NCBI GenBank assembly: GCA_000708835.1
Contig: DF236982.1
Coordinates: 257,515 to 321,514 of the forward strand
From: Klebsormidium nitens
Lineage: Eukaryota; Plantae; Klebsormidiophyceae
Direction of reading: 5' to 3'
DNA: 64,000 nt
Shown here: positions 49,480 through 62,638 of the stretch, piece after piece
Position numbering within the stretch: position 1 is the stretch's first letter
Layout: every line of letters starts with the position of its first letter
Made by a program: the position numbers and the translations under genes
The notes under the pieces: model-generated
Told to the model about the DNA's origin: nothing
Database searches by the model: none
What the model saw: the letters and a program-made list of their open reading frames with translations, nothing else

Positions 49480-50564
49480 CTCTGCAGATCTTGTGTCGAC
49501 GACTGGTCTCCCAAGACCACAGACGTGGAGAAACTTCCACCACTATCACTCGGTCCTCAGGCCTTGATGCTCCTTCTTGAAGCTATCTGAACGACTGTTT
49601 ACAATAACACAACTGCCATGAAAAACCTGGGAGACAACAATGCAAGTCAGAGGCAATGCTTTTAGTGGTCAACAACGGCTTCCTTCCTCTCTGTCGTACC
49701 AGTGTGACACAGCAAGGGCTACCCGCTAGTAGGTAGCACTTCCAAAGCTCCACGTTCTCTAGCTAGCTTTAGTGAGAGCACACATTTCACTGCCGGAATG
49801 CAGCTAGTGCTGCCAGTGGTCTAGCTAGATGATGATCGCCGCCGTGCTAGCTGCACTCTTAAATGCTGACCCCTATTACAAGCAGAACGTCTAAAAGGAT
49901 ACCATGGCGCTTCTGATTCTGCCCAGAAGGCTGCATTGTCCTGGAGAAAGCGGCTCCATCTTGGAATGCGCTTGCACCTCTTTTGAAAGAAGCAAAGTTT
50001 CAACCTTCAGGCTTCAGCCATGGCGCGGCTCTCTCTAGAAGACCATGGATGGCAGCGTTGACGTGCATTATTGCTTCGAGCTTTCGTCGTCGAACGATTC
50101 AAGGGGGGAGTGTATGCTTTCTGCTTCGACGTGCGGAACCCGACTACGTCACCAGGCAAGTTCTGCGAACGTACTCCATCTTCGGCGGACGCATGACTAA
50201 TCGTGCGGACGCATGACTAATCCGAATGATGTTTCAGCGTACACCGGGCCGCGCGCAGTCTCGCAAATGTCGTCCGAATCGTCAAATTGTGTTGCTTTGC
50301 ACGCGCGCTTCCGAAGCTTTGCGCAAGAAAGGAAGGGGGCCAAGCGGCAGTTAATCGTGCTCCACTCGTTGCACCTTGACTGCATTCCAGCAGACTAGGT
50401 AACTTTGCTAGTCTCGAAAATACGTCACTGATGACATCAGCGATACCAGTGGTACGGTACGGTACTTTTAGGATGTGGTCGGTACCGCCTGGTTCAACCG
50501 GGTGCGGTAGGTGCTCGGGGCAATCGCAGGTTACAAACAGGGCTAACACTGATCTTGGTGGGGT

Positions 50565-50670
50565 TAGCCGGGGGGTTAGGGTGGGTACGGGTGGGCTCTG
50601 GCGGAACGCCTTAGGGTTTGCTCAATGCTTACCCTTAGGGTTTTAGTATGTGTAAGGGTGTTAACCCTGT
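50565..50670. repeat. Scattered telomere-like TTAGGG motifs in the intergenic region
   Basis: Contains gggttagggt, ccttagggtttg and cccttagggttttag. The motifs are not tandem. Confidence 0.3.
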
Positions 50671-51263
50671 GTGACATCATCAGTGACGCAAATTGTAAGA
50701 CTAGCAAACTTACGTACCCACGTCCTGCATTGAGCCGGCCGGCCTGACTGCGGTAGACCTGAATCAGCGTTGACACACACGTGAACACGTCAACACTGAC
50801 TCAGTGAGAATCATGAGAAACGGCGTACCGCACCACCATGTATATCCCAGTCTAGTCCTTCCATGGCGGCAACGTCATCTCATCCATTCTGATATGCCAC
50901 TAGACTTCTTTGAGTGGAGCTGAGAATCGAAGGACCCACCGATAGGATGCTGGAAAGACACTTCAAAGTTTGCATCTTGAAGCAGTATAAGTCAGATGCA
51001 GGGCCAGGGCCGCCAAAGGTTGAAGGGCTAAGGGGTAATTCTAACACAGAGGGGCCGCAAAGATGTCAGAACTCCACATTTTCATCTTTACATTTTTCCA
51101 CACGCTTCATCTTAGATCATTCTTCTATATCTGGCAAGCGTACACGCCAATATCTTATGAGCCTGCACCAAGCAACTTGCGCATACTAAGCTAAGCCACA
51201 GCAACAAGAAAGATGATTAGCTTCGTCTACCTGTCTTTTACCAATCACTAACGAGCAGCAAAG

Positions 51264-54200
51264 ATGAATTATCGGGCAGGCACCAGGGCCCCCTCTGCTT
51301 GGGCCGCTCCCCGGGGGGAAGCTGAACCAGACGCCTTCGAGCTGCAAGCAGCGTCCCTGGCCCCCCTGACCGCCGCCATTCTGAAAGCGCGCAGGGGATC
51401 ACCCGAGCCTCGTTACAAGTCCCGCCCGCAGTCGAGCCACTCGCAACGTTCCAGGGGGAACGCAAACGGGGGGTTCTTTTCGGGCTTATCAAGCCAGCCG
51501 TCTGCGGGGGGTAATTTGTGGTCAGCCCCCCATCGGTCTTCTGGGGGGGTGCGCTCAGGGCAGCTGGGAGACGGGGGGGTGCCGACGACCGCGCTCGAAG
51601 AGAGCATCGCGCGGCTGAATGTGCTGCAGAGTCGGCTGAAACGGGGGGCGGGGGAGCCGGCGTCTGAACGAGCGTCGGGAGGCAGCTTGCGGAGGGGGCT
51701 GCTGAGCCCCCCGACGCGGAAAGATGATGTCAGCTCGGCGGAGGCCGCGGTAGCAAGTCAGCGGAAAGCGAGCTTGCGAGACGAGATCCAGAGCGCAGAA
51801 AGGGCGCTGAACAGGGGGGTCCAGAAGGCTGCTTTTACCACCCCCGAGGGGGAGGTAAAGCGGGTAATCCGAGTGGACGAAGCGCCGCGCCCCCTGTCTG
51901 CAGCCAGGGGGATCAACCGGGCCCCGATAGATGGAAACGTGGGGCCAATCTCTGGGCATGATTACCCCCCTTTTTCGAAGCAGGACGTGCGGCGCCACTC
52001 AATCGGGCCCCTCCCAGAGGCTCCCAGGGGCAGCTCAGATGCCGCAAACCGCAGGCACTCGTCTGATGGGGGGCGGCCGGCCTCTGCCAAAACGGACGCA
52101 GCTTATCCCGGACCTTACCCCTCCTTCGATTCCAGGGGGGTCCAGGACAGTGCAGAAGTCAGCTTTGGTCAGGAGGCGAGGACGCCAGGATTGTCGCAGT
52201 CATGGACGGGGCAGAGAATTCTCTGGTCGACGCAAGTGAGTCGGGGGGATAGTTTGGCGGAGGGGAGTGGTGAGAAACGGGTGGCAGCGACGGAGGGAAA
52301 TGCTGAAAGGTGGGTGCGAATTTGAGCCGACTTCTCTGCACTTTGCTGTGCTACACTCTACTTGTTTAGTGGGTGTCATTCCACCCATGTGTAAGAACAT
52401 GTTAAGCCATTACCAAATTTGTCACTGAACTGAAGAGGCCTCTCACCGAAAAGATAGTTGTCATTGGCTGTCATGTGGTCCGATAAGTAAAGGTCGGCCC
52501 TCTTCATTATTTAGGGATTGCTTAGAGCAAGCTCGCTGGAGCTCCGTGGAGTAGCAGTGACAGAGCTGGAGTGGTGCAGCGGACTGCTTAAAGTACGGTC
52601 CGCGAGCCAAAATTATGCTGAGACTTGAACTTCTGCTTGTCTTGTCTGGTCAAAGGGGAAAATAACTCATACCACTTTTAAGGTAATGTTGGGAAGACGC
52701 TCAACGGAGAAAGTTGATATGATCTGGCTGCACATATTGATGGACTTACTGCTTCGTTAATCCCCGGTCAAGAAGCTTGCTTCGCAATTGCATGCATAGA
52801 TTCGGCAAGAACCCCTCAGCCTCGTTCCCACATCTATGCTTGACGACATGCGAACGTTTCCCTTGAAAGACACGTCGTTCAATCAAACTTTCAGAAGTAT
52901 GCAGGCAGCGGCAAATCAGCTATATAGACCCGTCTTCTTCTGGCCCGCCTCCTCACCTATGCTTGACATCAAGGGGACGCATCCTCCAGAAAGACGTATT
53001 CAACTTGTACTTTCACCCGTGCAGGCAGCGACCAATCAGCTACACAGAGGGTGTTCTAAGAGAGTCGCTAACGGTTCCACTTTGATGCTTGACATCAGTG
53101 GCCCATATCTCGCACAAGATGCATACAATAGTACATTCGCTCGTGCAGGCAGCGACCAATCAGCTACCCAGACGGTGTTCTATCTCAGTCGCTAACCGGT
53201 TCCACAACTGGGGGATCCCTGGATTCGCTGCAAGCAAGAGTGAGCTCCCTGGAGGCGGAGCGGGGGCCTCTCGAAGGACGACTGTACGAGGTGAGTGCCT
53301 TGAATGGAAGGAGATTGAAGTGAGGCTGACGTTTGAAATGCGGAAAGAATGAGGCAGATATGGGAAGGGAACAAACCACAGGACTGGCCGTAAACGCCTA
53401 GGAGAAAGCAGTGTATGTGATCGAACTCCCATGAGATAGAAAATTCCCTTCAAATGGAGAGGACAGAGGAAAGAAAGAAGTCGTGCAGTGGGGCGCGTGT
53501 ATAGAGGGCGCTAACGGGTTTGTCCGATCTAGCCTTTAGTCGGTCCTTCTTCGCCAAGCCTGCTTTTTCGAGTGGGCTAGGTTTGCTGTCATTACCAGGT
53601 AGAAAACAGAAGAAAGCTGAGAACGTGCCCTGTCGTACTGGACTTTGGACACGGATGTCTTCCGCGCTTTGGTCAGCAACAGGGCAAGCTCTCTATGTCT
53701 TCACGGAGTTTCGTCGCAGTCTGCTGACTCATATCAGATAAGGAACGCCAAAGTCCGGTCGTCAGCCCACAGAAGACAGGGTTTTGAAAACGAGTGTCCC
53801 CTTCTTCTCAGCGACTTTCGCTCTCTTTGCAGGCGATCGGCCGCATGTCCGCCTCGATGGAGCGCGCCTTTCAGCAGCGCGTCGAGCGCCTCGAGGCGAC
53901 CATGCACGACGCCGTGGCCGAGGCGGTCGCCTTTCTGGGCAAAAAGGCGACCGCGGACGCCCGTTCCGAGATCGAAAAAGCGTCTGCGGACGCCCAAATG
54001 GCGATCGACAAGAAACTAGGGCCGGCGGGGATGGAGCGCCTCGCACGGCGCGCGGTGTGGCTCGTGGGGGGGAAGATGGGCGCGAGGGCGACCGCACTAG
54101 AGGCCAAAGCGGCTAGGTGGGCGCCCAAATAACGAAGTCTTTTCTTCTTGGGGGCTCTTGAGGAGAAGGAAACTAAATGCTGCGAGCCTAGCTAACTTTG

Positions 54201-57200
54201 ATCACCTAAGCCAGATGAGTTGCCTGAGCGGTGAACGGGGAAGTCCCTTTTGACAATTCCCTTTGAAACGAGAGTTCGAGAATATGTTTACATTAGTTGC
54301 GGAGTCCCACCTACATTCAAAAGGTAATTGAGAAGCTAATATTTTCTTCCGTTCCGCAACCCAGAATGTTGATTGGATGCTTTTCTCTGTGCAGGGCGCT
54401 GACTGTCGCTAAGCGGACCGAGTCCCAGCTGCGCCAGCTGGAGGCCACTCACAAGCTAAGCGACGGCCACGTGTCCCATCTAACGGCCAAAATCAAGAAG
54501 CTCAAGAAGGACCAGCTCGAGGCGGCGGGGCCGGCCGGGGGCGCTCCCGCGTGTGGGTGCGCGGGGCTTTGCAAGGGTTTGAGTGAGGGTTTGGAAAGTG
54601 TCGAGAACGAGGTTGCGGGACTGAGAACGGCAGCGGACCGACGGGAGCATGATACGCAACGGAACGAGAACGGAATGCTGCGGAAGTTCGAGGAGCTGCG
54701 GGGTGAGAGGCGGGGCGGAAAAGCGGAAGAGCAATTCGCGGTCTTGGCGAGGAGGGTGGAGGAGCTAGAACAGGAGCTCGGCTGCAAAACGGAAGCGGAA
54801 CAGGCCTTGCAGCGGAACGGCGAGCTCGTAGCGGAACTGCGGAAAAGGATCGACGTTGTGGAGCTTGCACAGCCCGCTGACAAAGCGATTGACGAGATGA
54901 CGAGATCTCAAAGGAGAACGGAAGGCGAGTTGAGCAGGCTGCAGGTCGAGTTCCGAAGCGAGATGGTGGAAGCGGGCAAACGGAACGACCGGAACGTGCG
55001 AGCGGAACTGGCGAAAGCCAGGCAGGACATCGTGGGGGAGATCTCGGCGACGCTGGAGAGAGAGCGGGAAAGCGTCCGGCGGACGGTCGTCGAGGAGGTT
55101 GCCGACCGGACAGCGGAACTGGCGGAATCCGTCCGGCGGATCGCCGACCGGCAGGGCAAAGCGGAAGCGGACTCGACCAGGAGAGCGGAAGCTCTAGAGG
55201 ATAGGCTGAAGGCTCTGCAGACGAAGTTGGGCGCAGAAGTCGATGTGAAGCTGGCGGATCTCCGCAACGCGAACGGAACCGGAAAAGAGGTCGAGAAGCT
55301 GAGAGAGTGTGTCGAGGCACTGCAGAGCGTGTCCGACGAGACGACCGAGCGGCTCGCTGAAGCCGAGGAGGGTTTGGAGGGCGCGAAGGCGGCCGCGACC
55401 GAGGGTTTGGAGGGGTTGCGGGGCCGAGTCAAGGGGCTGGAAGAGAGGGTCTTGGAAAGCATCGCCGTTGCCCAAAGGGGACGGGAAGAGGGGATAGCAA
55501 ATACGGGTGACCTGCAGGAGGGTTTAAATAGTTTGAGAGGGGCGGTCGTGGCGCTGGAAGCCGCGGCCGCGGCCGCGGAGCAAAACCCGGAGCGTCTTGA
55601 GAGCTTCCAAAAAGAGTTGGAACGGTTGCAGCAGACTGTTCAGAAGCTGGAAGGTTCCGCTTCAGCAAAAGCGGCTCTTGGTGTGGATGCGCTCCAAGCG
55701 GAACTGGACGGTGTGAAGGCGTCTGTGACAGGGCTCGAGGAGTCTCTTTCGCAGGTAAAGGGGAATGCGGGACTGGAAACGGAAGCCCTTCGGAACGAGC
55801 TATCGAAAACAGGAGCGACTGTGGCGGCACTCGATGCCTTCGCTTCTGAGATGGCAGCAGAGGCAACTTTGGAGAGGAGCGGAAGCGCTGAAGCAAGAAA
55901 GCTGCTTGAGAAGCGTTTGGAGGACCTGACGGAGCGCGTCAACAAAAGCGAACAAAAGTCGGACGGTACAGATTCAGACGGCGTCCACTCACTCCGAACA
56001 GATGTGGACGGTCTAGCGGACGGTGTGAAAGTTCTGCAAGCGGACGTAGCAAGGGTGTCGGACGGTGTGAACACGCTGCGGACGGACTTGGGCGGGGTTT
56101 CGGACAGTGCAGATTGCATGCGGACGGAGCTGGACGTGCTCAAAGAGGTCCTCTTGCAACTGGAGAATAAAGTCAACGAGGCCTCGTCAAAGAAGGAGGT
56201 TTCGAAAGGCGGAGATGCAGGGGGATCCCTTCGTGATGACGTGGCAGCTCTACGCAGCCACGTGGCGGGTCTGGAGGCGTCCGTGCAGGAAGCCAGGAGC
56301 GCGGAAGTGGAGGCTGCGGGATCGAAGGAGAGCTTGGAAGATTTTGCAACTAGAGTGGGCTATTTGGAGTCCGCGGTCGAGGAAGTGCGCGCGCGGAAGA
56401 GTTCGGGTGACGTGGCAGAAAAGCAACGGGAGCTTCGGGAGGAATTTGAAAAGCTGAAAGCGTCCGTTGAGGCGATGTCCGCGAACGGAAAGGTGGGGAC
56501 GGACGGATCGTTCTTGGAGGTTTGCGAGAGGTTTGAGGGTCTGGAGGCGCGCGTCGCGGCCGCGGCGGCGAGCCGGGAGAGCTTCGGTTCGAAAGCGAGC
56601 GTCGAGGAACTTCGAGACAGATTGGAAGAGCTTGAGGGTTTGGGCGATCTTGTCGAAAGCGTGAAAGCGGAGCTGGGCGATTTACGAGATAGGCAAAACG
56701 AGGGACTAAATTCTTTGCGGGGCGACGTCGCATGTATGGAAGGTGCGGTGAAAGAGGTGAGGGAAAAGCTAGAGGATGTAGGGGGCACAGAAAAGTTGGA
56801 GCAGGGTACCGGGCAGAATTTGACCGGGATAAGTGAACGGTTAGAGGGAATAGAAGCGGGTCTTGGAGAGCTGAGGGGAAGGGAAGAAGAGAACGAAGGA
56901 CGGCTTGGAGGGCTGCAAGAGCAGGTCGGCGAGCTGGCGGAATCCGTTGAGGATGCGCAGCGGAAGGGGGCGGAACGAGCGAGAGGCTTGGAAGAACGAG
57001 TGGCAAAAATGGTGGAAGAAGGAAAGGGAGTCGAAGAAGAACTGGAGGCGAAGATATCGGAGCTGCGAGATCGCGTCGCGCGGCTGGGAAGTTCCGTCGA
57101 GGCGCTTGCGGAGCAACGGAAGGACGGCGAAGCAGCGGAACGGGAAAGGACAGCGGACTTGAGGGTTAAGCTGATCGAAAACGAGGCGGATGGACTGAAG

Positions 57201-59204
57201 CAAGCGGTGGAGGTACGAAGACAACAACAGACGGAGTCCGCCGGAACCTTGGATTCCGTTCGGAAGCAGGTGGGCAACCTTTTGGTGCGGCTGTCCGACG
57301 GATCGAGCTGTCCGCTGCACAATTCCGTTGAGGAGCTGAAGGAACGGAACGCGGAAATGGATCATAGTCTGGAGGAGGTTCGGCTGAAGATGGAGGGTAT
57401 GGAAGACGATCTGCGCCGGCAAATAGGAGGCGGACACGTGGAGCAGCAGGTTGAGCGGTTGGCCCTTGCGGTTGGGAAGCTGGCGGAGACATGCGCGCGC
57501 GACCACGAGGCGCTGGCGGCCGGAATATGCCGGCACCACGGGGGCCAGGGAGTTGGCATAAATATGACGTCAATTGATGACGAAGTCCATGGGGAGGTAT
57601 CTCGCGGCAGCACTGCAGCGGATAGAGAGAACAGGAACGAGGCGGATTGGAGCGTGGAAACAGACGGGGAGAGTTTTTCAAAAAGGGGAAATCTGGTCGG
57701 CGGATTGTTTCAGGGGGAGACTGCAGACTCACAAGGCAGCCCGGCCGCCCCAGAGGCCGAGCCCGGGGATCCCTCCCAGGCGCAATCCTGGGATGACATC
57801 GGAGCGCAGCTTGCAACCGTTCGGCAGAGCCTTTCAGGCAAGGTCGTATCCGGAACCGGAATCGGGGTCGGGAGCGGAACCTTCTTTGCAGCTGCGTGGG
57901 CGACCGCGCAGTCAGAGGCCGGGCTGAATCCGCTGTACGAACTGGGCGCGGGACCCGCCGGAAAAGTGCCCGGAAAGCTTCCCATCGGAAGGTTTGAGGA
58001 GGAGGGTTTGGAAGCGGGCGCGCGCGCGGTCGCGGCCGCGCCGCCGCCGCTCCTCCTGATGCACGAAAACCTGCTCTACCAGACGCCCATCTCGCCGCCC
58101 AGCAACGCCACGTCGCCCGCTGACGTCACCATGACGTCTACGTTCGGAAGCCGGGGGAATGCGAAACCGGTGGACCCAGCGCAGACGTCCGAAACGGGGG
58201 TAAGCGGCTCGAGTGGAGCGAGCGCCCCGTCGAGCGGCCTCAGCGCTCCGTCGAGCGGAGTTCCGGCCAGCGGAACGCACGTTCCGCGCCGGCCCCCGTC
58301 GCTGAAGCTCGACGCGCTGCCGGGAATTGTGCCGTCGGATCTGGCCCTTCGCCCGAAGTCGCCCCTGGGGCGCAAGTCGAGAGCCCAAGCGGGTTTCTCG
58401 GACAGGGACTGGACGGAGCCTCCGAAGAGCGCGGTAGAGGTTCCGGCCTCGCTGCCGTTTGCCCGCGACTCCCTCTCATACCTGACCAGCCCGGTATCGC
58501 CTGGGGGAGGCACTCCGAGCGGAACCCGGACGGAATTCCGCGAGCGGAAGGGATGGGCAGGAGCGAACCCGGAAAAGGCCCCCAGCCCGGTGTGCCCCTC
58601 CCCGGGCGTGGCGAACGAGTTCCTGGACCCGAAAGAGCTGACGCCGTCGCCCAGTCCGGCGGACACCGGAAGCGGCAAGCCCGCGGACTTCGAAGAACGG
58701 ACGGAAACGGCGACCGGTCGCAGCAGGCGCGGGAGGGGAAGCCCCGGGAGCGATCACAGCCGAGACAGTCTGGAGGGCGAGAACGACGTCAGTGTCCTTC
58801 CAAATGACGTAAGCGGTGGCCCGCCGTCACCTGGCAGCAGTCGGGTCGGGGGACAGTCTCCGACCGCAGGGCTCAAAGCGCGGGGTCAAATCGAGTCTGA
58901 TCCAGCGAATGAACCGGGGAAAGGAGACTTTGGCAAGGGTTTCGATGGGGACGTGCCGTCAGCATCGAGCGCTGCTGACGTCAGAGAGTCCGCCAACGCA
59001 TTGCCCGGGTTGAGTGCTCGGCAGAGCCCACGTCCGGACTCGGCTAGTCGATATGGACGGGGGAAGGACTCGGGGGACTTGTCCGACTCGCAGTCTGACG
59101 TCAGCGATCACGACGTTGACGTGGGCGAAGAAGAGATTCGTGAGGAGATGGACGACTGGGATCTAGGCGTCGAGGGATTGGAGGACGTGCTAGGAAGCGA
59201 TTGA
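51264..59204 (+). CDS. ~2093-aa protein with a long central coiled coil and disordered termini; function unknown
   Basis: Phase-consistent exons: 51264-52309, 53149-53290, 53833-54116, 54395-59204. It has an E/L/R/K heptad-like region of about 1000 aa, a Ser/Pro/Gly-rich tail and an acidic C-terminus. Confidence 0.85.
52835..53190 (+). repeat. Three ~122-bp copies of acceptor plus exon start in intron 1 of the coiled-coil gene
   Basis: tgcag|gcagcg(a/g)c(c/a)aatcagcta has its AG at 52903, 53023 and 53147 (functional). Each copy is preceded by atgcttgac-type sequence or followed by it. Confidence 0.9.
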
Positions 59205-60222
59205 AGATAGAAGTTGGACCAATCCTATTTTTAGTGCTAACAGTCTCTGGGGAAGCCCGTTCTGTGAATCTTTGAGCGGAAGGTACTCTGGAATTGGTCA
59301 TAATTGTCGGAACGACTGTCGATCTGAGTGACAGGGACAGTTTGGATCTGCATGGTCTGCGTAGGATTTCTGAACACCTCGTAGCAAGGCGTGCCAACAT
59401 CCAATTGCTTTCAAGAAAACTTTGCAATCTTTGCGTGAATAATGGCAGGCATGATTTACAGACGGGTTGAGAGTGATTTTTTGCTGTGATATGTGGTATG
59501 ACTGTATCGGTATTTGCTTTGACGGCCCTGCTAGAAAGTTCCAACTCACATGTGTACTCCGTATAAAGAACGGTGCATGGTGAAACTTTGACTGAACGGA
59601 ACCGGCCATGCGCGCTGGCGGCCCCCCGGAGGCCAGGCCGGACTGTGCTTATGTGCATGTAATCGCGTGACCCGTGGCTGGCTCATCGTGGCGGCCTTTG
59701 TTTTTGCAAAGCTTTGCGCGTCAATGGTTTCAACGTGGTCATGTGCGTGACTGGATGCCAGATAGTGATACGAACATTTGGTGGGGGCTAGTAGACGCCA
59801 ACATGCTCATTGTTCTCAAAGGAAGTGTACCTCTGAGAGTTCGTTGGCATCATCATGATCTGTACGTACCGACCATGCAGCATTTATAAGTAACGCTCTG
59901 TCAACAATCGAGGAGGAGAAGGCGCGCAATTAGATCAAGTGTTCAAAACCAACGGCTCAACGAAAAAGCGCTGACGAGGACCGTGTACTTTACTCCACTC
60001 GACGGTCCAAAGACAACTGATTTCTCACGTCAAATCTTTTTAACGTGTTCCCTGAGCGTGCCTGTCAAGCACCAACTGATCTTCCCGATTGATTACACTA
60101 CGGTCTTTCTAGTTTAGAGAGTTTCGTTATCTGTTGCTCAATGCCCATGCGAAAGTGAACCGCTCAGCGTCGTCCCACCGGACATAACCCAATGATTCGT
60201 AGTTCATCTACAACGGCTTGAT

Positions 60223-61668
60223 TCAGCAGCAACAAGTCAGCAAGTCGACACACTCATCGGCGACACAGCAGCAGCAGAGCGCTGCGAGACACCCCGCCAA
60301 AAACCCCCCGCCCGTGCCTTTCTCCTGCGGAGGGGGGGTAGCCGTGCTAGGGATGTAACCGGGGGTGGGCTGAAATCCGGGGCCGTAAGGCTGGTACTGA
60401 GGAGTCGGCTGGGGATAGCCCGCTGCAAAAGAGAGGGGGAAAGCCTGAGATGAGTTGGGCTCTGAATCCGCTCGTATCTGGCACTCTTAATCGTAAGCTC
60501 TTACGTGTGCTCTTTCTCCGGTTGCATATTCCGGCTCTTTGACCGCTCGTGCAACACTCTTAACCGGCTCTGTATGCAGAAAAGGAAAGCACTGCTGAGG
60601 GCAGAAAGAGGTGACGCTCCGCTGAACTTCGTTTAATACATCAGATGCGCTTATTCTTCATGAAACGCCGGTGAGAGATTTTCCAAAGCTCGACGAATTA
60701 ATCAAAGGTGTGGGACGGGAATCTGTCTGACATACCATTGCTGGTTGCCAAGATTTCAAATCAAAAGGAATCTGGTGCAGCTTAACTTGCAGAGAAAGAA
60801 CATTAAGGTTACATTCAACCAGGAGAGTCAAGGAGGCGCTGCTTCATGTAACGAGACCCGCGAGCGTGGCGTCAACGTTGAGCCGAAGGTTTGAAAAGAG
60901 ACTTTGGTGATGCTAAAGCAAAGAAGTTGCGGGCGATCGTTATGACTCTCAGTTCTGTGCAGCGCCCAAAAGTTGAACAAGGTTGCGGACAATCCGATCA
61001 CAAACGAATCAAATTGAAGACTTATTTGGTAAGGCAGGTACAGGGATTGAATATCAGAGTCAAAAGATACGATAAAAGTGGTACGATGAAAAATAACTTG
61101 AGAACGCTTGCAGATCTTAACCAATCGGACGGGATCGTTGAAAAAGAGGCCGCTTCTACGGGAGAGGCTGCATTTCCAGATGGACATATGAAGGTGTGAA
61201 TGCACTCCACGCAAATCAGATCGAAGTCAGACATGCTTTCTGGTTCCACTTCTCTGCTGATACAATTGGATTTTCAAAATGGAGCGCTGACACGTGTGTT
61301 GCTTTTCAAGGGCCGGTCCTCACGTCGTCCCTTGACACCACCTTGACAGCTGTCTATGTCGACGTTTGGTGTTCATCCATCCATCTCAAATCAAATATAT
61401 TTAACTATCCGGGCAGTAGCGCTGCGATAATGAGCTGTATTATGTCTCTAAGAAAGAGTCGCCTACATCATCGATAACCCTCATCTAACTAGGCAGTTTG
61501 AGCAGAGACTCACTGACCGGGGGGCGCACTTGGGCCTTGGGCGGGGTATGCTGGAACCGGGTACCCTTGCTCTGGGTACCCATACTGGCCCTGTCCCTGG
61601 TACCCCGCGTGACCCTTGTCGTCCGGGTACGTACCGTTGGCCTTGCCCTTCCCTTTTCCCTTTCCCAT
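60223..61668 (-). CDS. CYSTM: CYSTM (cysteine-rich transmembrane module) family protein
   Basis: Exons 61668-61518 and 60422-60223 (phase 1). The body is rich in Pro, Gly, Tyr and Gln and ends GFLAGCLAALCCCCVADECVDLLTCCC. Confidence 0.88.
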
Positions 61669-62638
61669 GTTGAGCGGTGCAACAAAGACGGATCTCCTGC
61701 TCTGCAAAGAAAGCTCTTAAAGAACAGGTCTAAACGTTAGAGTGACCTTAAGTCTGGAGCTCAAGCGTCTGAACTTTAGTCTCTTGTGGGCTGAGAGTAG
61801 ATCTTTCACAATTTGAATAGAAGTTCCAAGGGGTCGCTTAAATATGTCGACCTTATGAACAATCCAATGCAACGAGATTGATGCCCGCCCAAAGAGGAAT
61901 AAATGAGCGCATGAAATCAGAAGCTGAGCGCATGGGGCCTTCCTGCAACCCTATAAACAGTGCCCCTGGTTCGGAGGCCACTTCAAATTCTTGGATGTCA
62001 AGATACCTTGCCATGCTCCTGCTTCCAATGACACTGCTTGTTGAAGGCTTTCAGATTATGTGAGACGGAGAAGCTGCGCAGCAAGCGAGAGCACACGCTT
62101 TAATTTAGCGGGCACTGATCTTCCAGTAACATGCAGTCTGGTTTGGAGCGTGACGTGCGGTGACGAAACGACCGCGCAGTCGCGCTGAACTTGTGAAGTA
62201 CTCGGCTTACTGGCAACTCAGAGGGCCGGTCAATTTCCAAGGTTGGGCGAAGATCGCATGCAGATTTTGCGAGAGACTAGCTGTATTTGCCTGATGGGTC
62301 AAAGCTTCTGCCGCGGCCAATCCCCCAGCGGATGCTGTTGTCGGGGTTTCGTCCTCACAGCGGCCCCTTTGACTTTGAACCATCGGAGGGCAGCTTGTAA
62401 GTCTTCAGGTCCGGCTTGCACCGGCTTCGAAGAAACATCAGAACTTGCTTTATCACTTTGGTCGACGGCACGCCTTCCGTAAAATAAAACCCGCACGTTC
62501 TTCAGCAGCGCCACGTTTGGTCTCTGAACCCCTGTTCAGATCGGACGAACTAAGCCGAGGTTCGCCGCATAAGCTTAACCTTCCGCCTGAAACTCTGTCT
62601 CTCTTTGCACAACACTTTAGAATTCAGGGTTCGCAAGC

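Noticed and set aside
48948-49580. 210-aa + strand ORF
   Set aside because: It overlaps ABCG exon 1 in antisense, and has no motif or coding-like composition.
57900-57960. NPLY motif in the coiled-coil protein as a ligand for the PTB-like protein in this window
   Set aside because: It is a single short motif in a disordered region and the genes are 38 kb apart. There is no evidence beyond coincidence.
54449-58757. Many long antisense and alternative-frame ORFs, also at 15919-16715, 36814-37536 and 43566-44409
   Set aside because: They are shadows of GC-rich coding exons or of duplicated exon fragments, with no independent motifs or splice structure.
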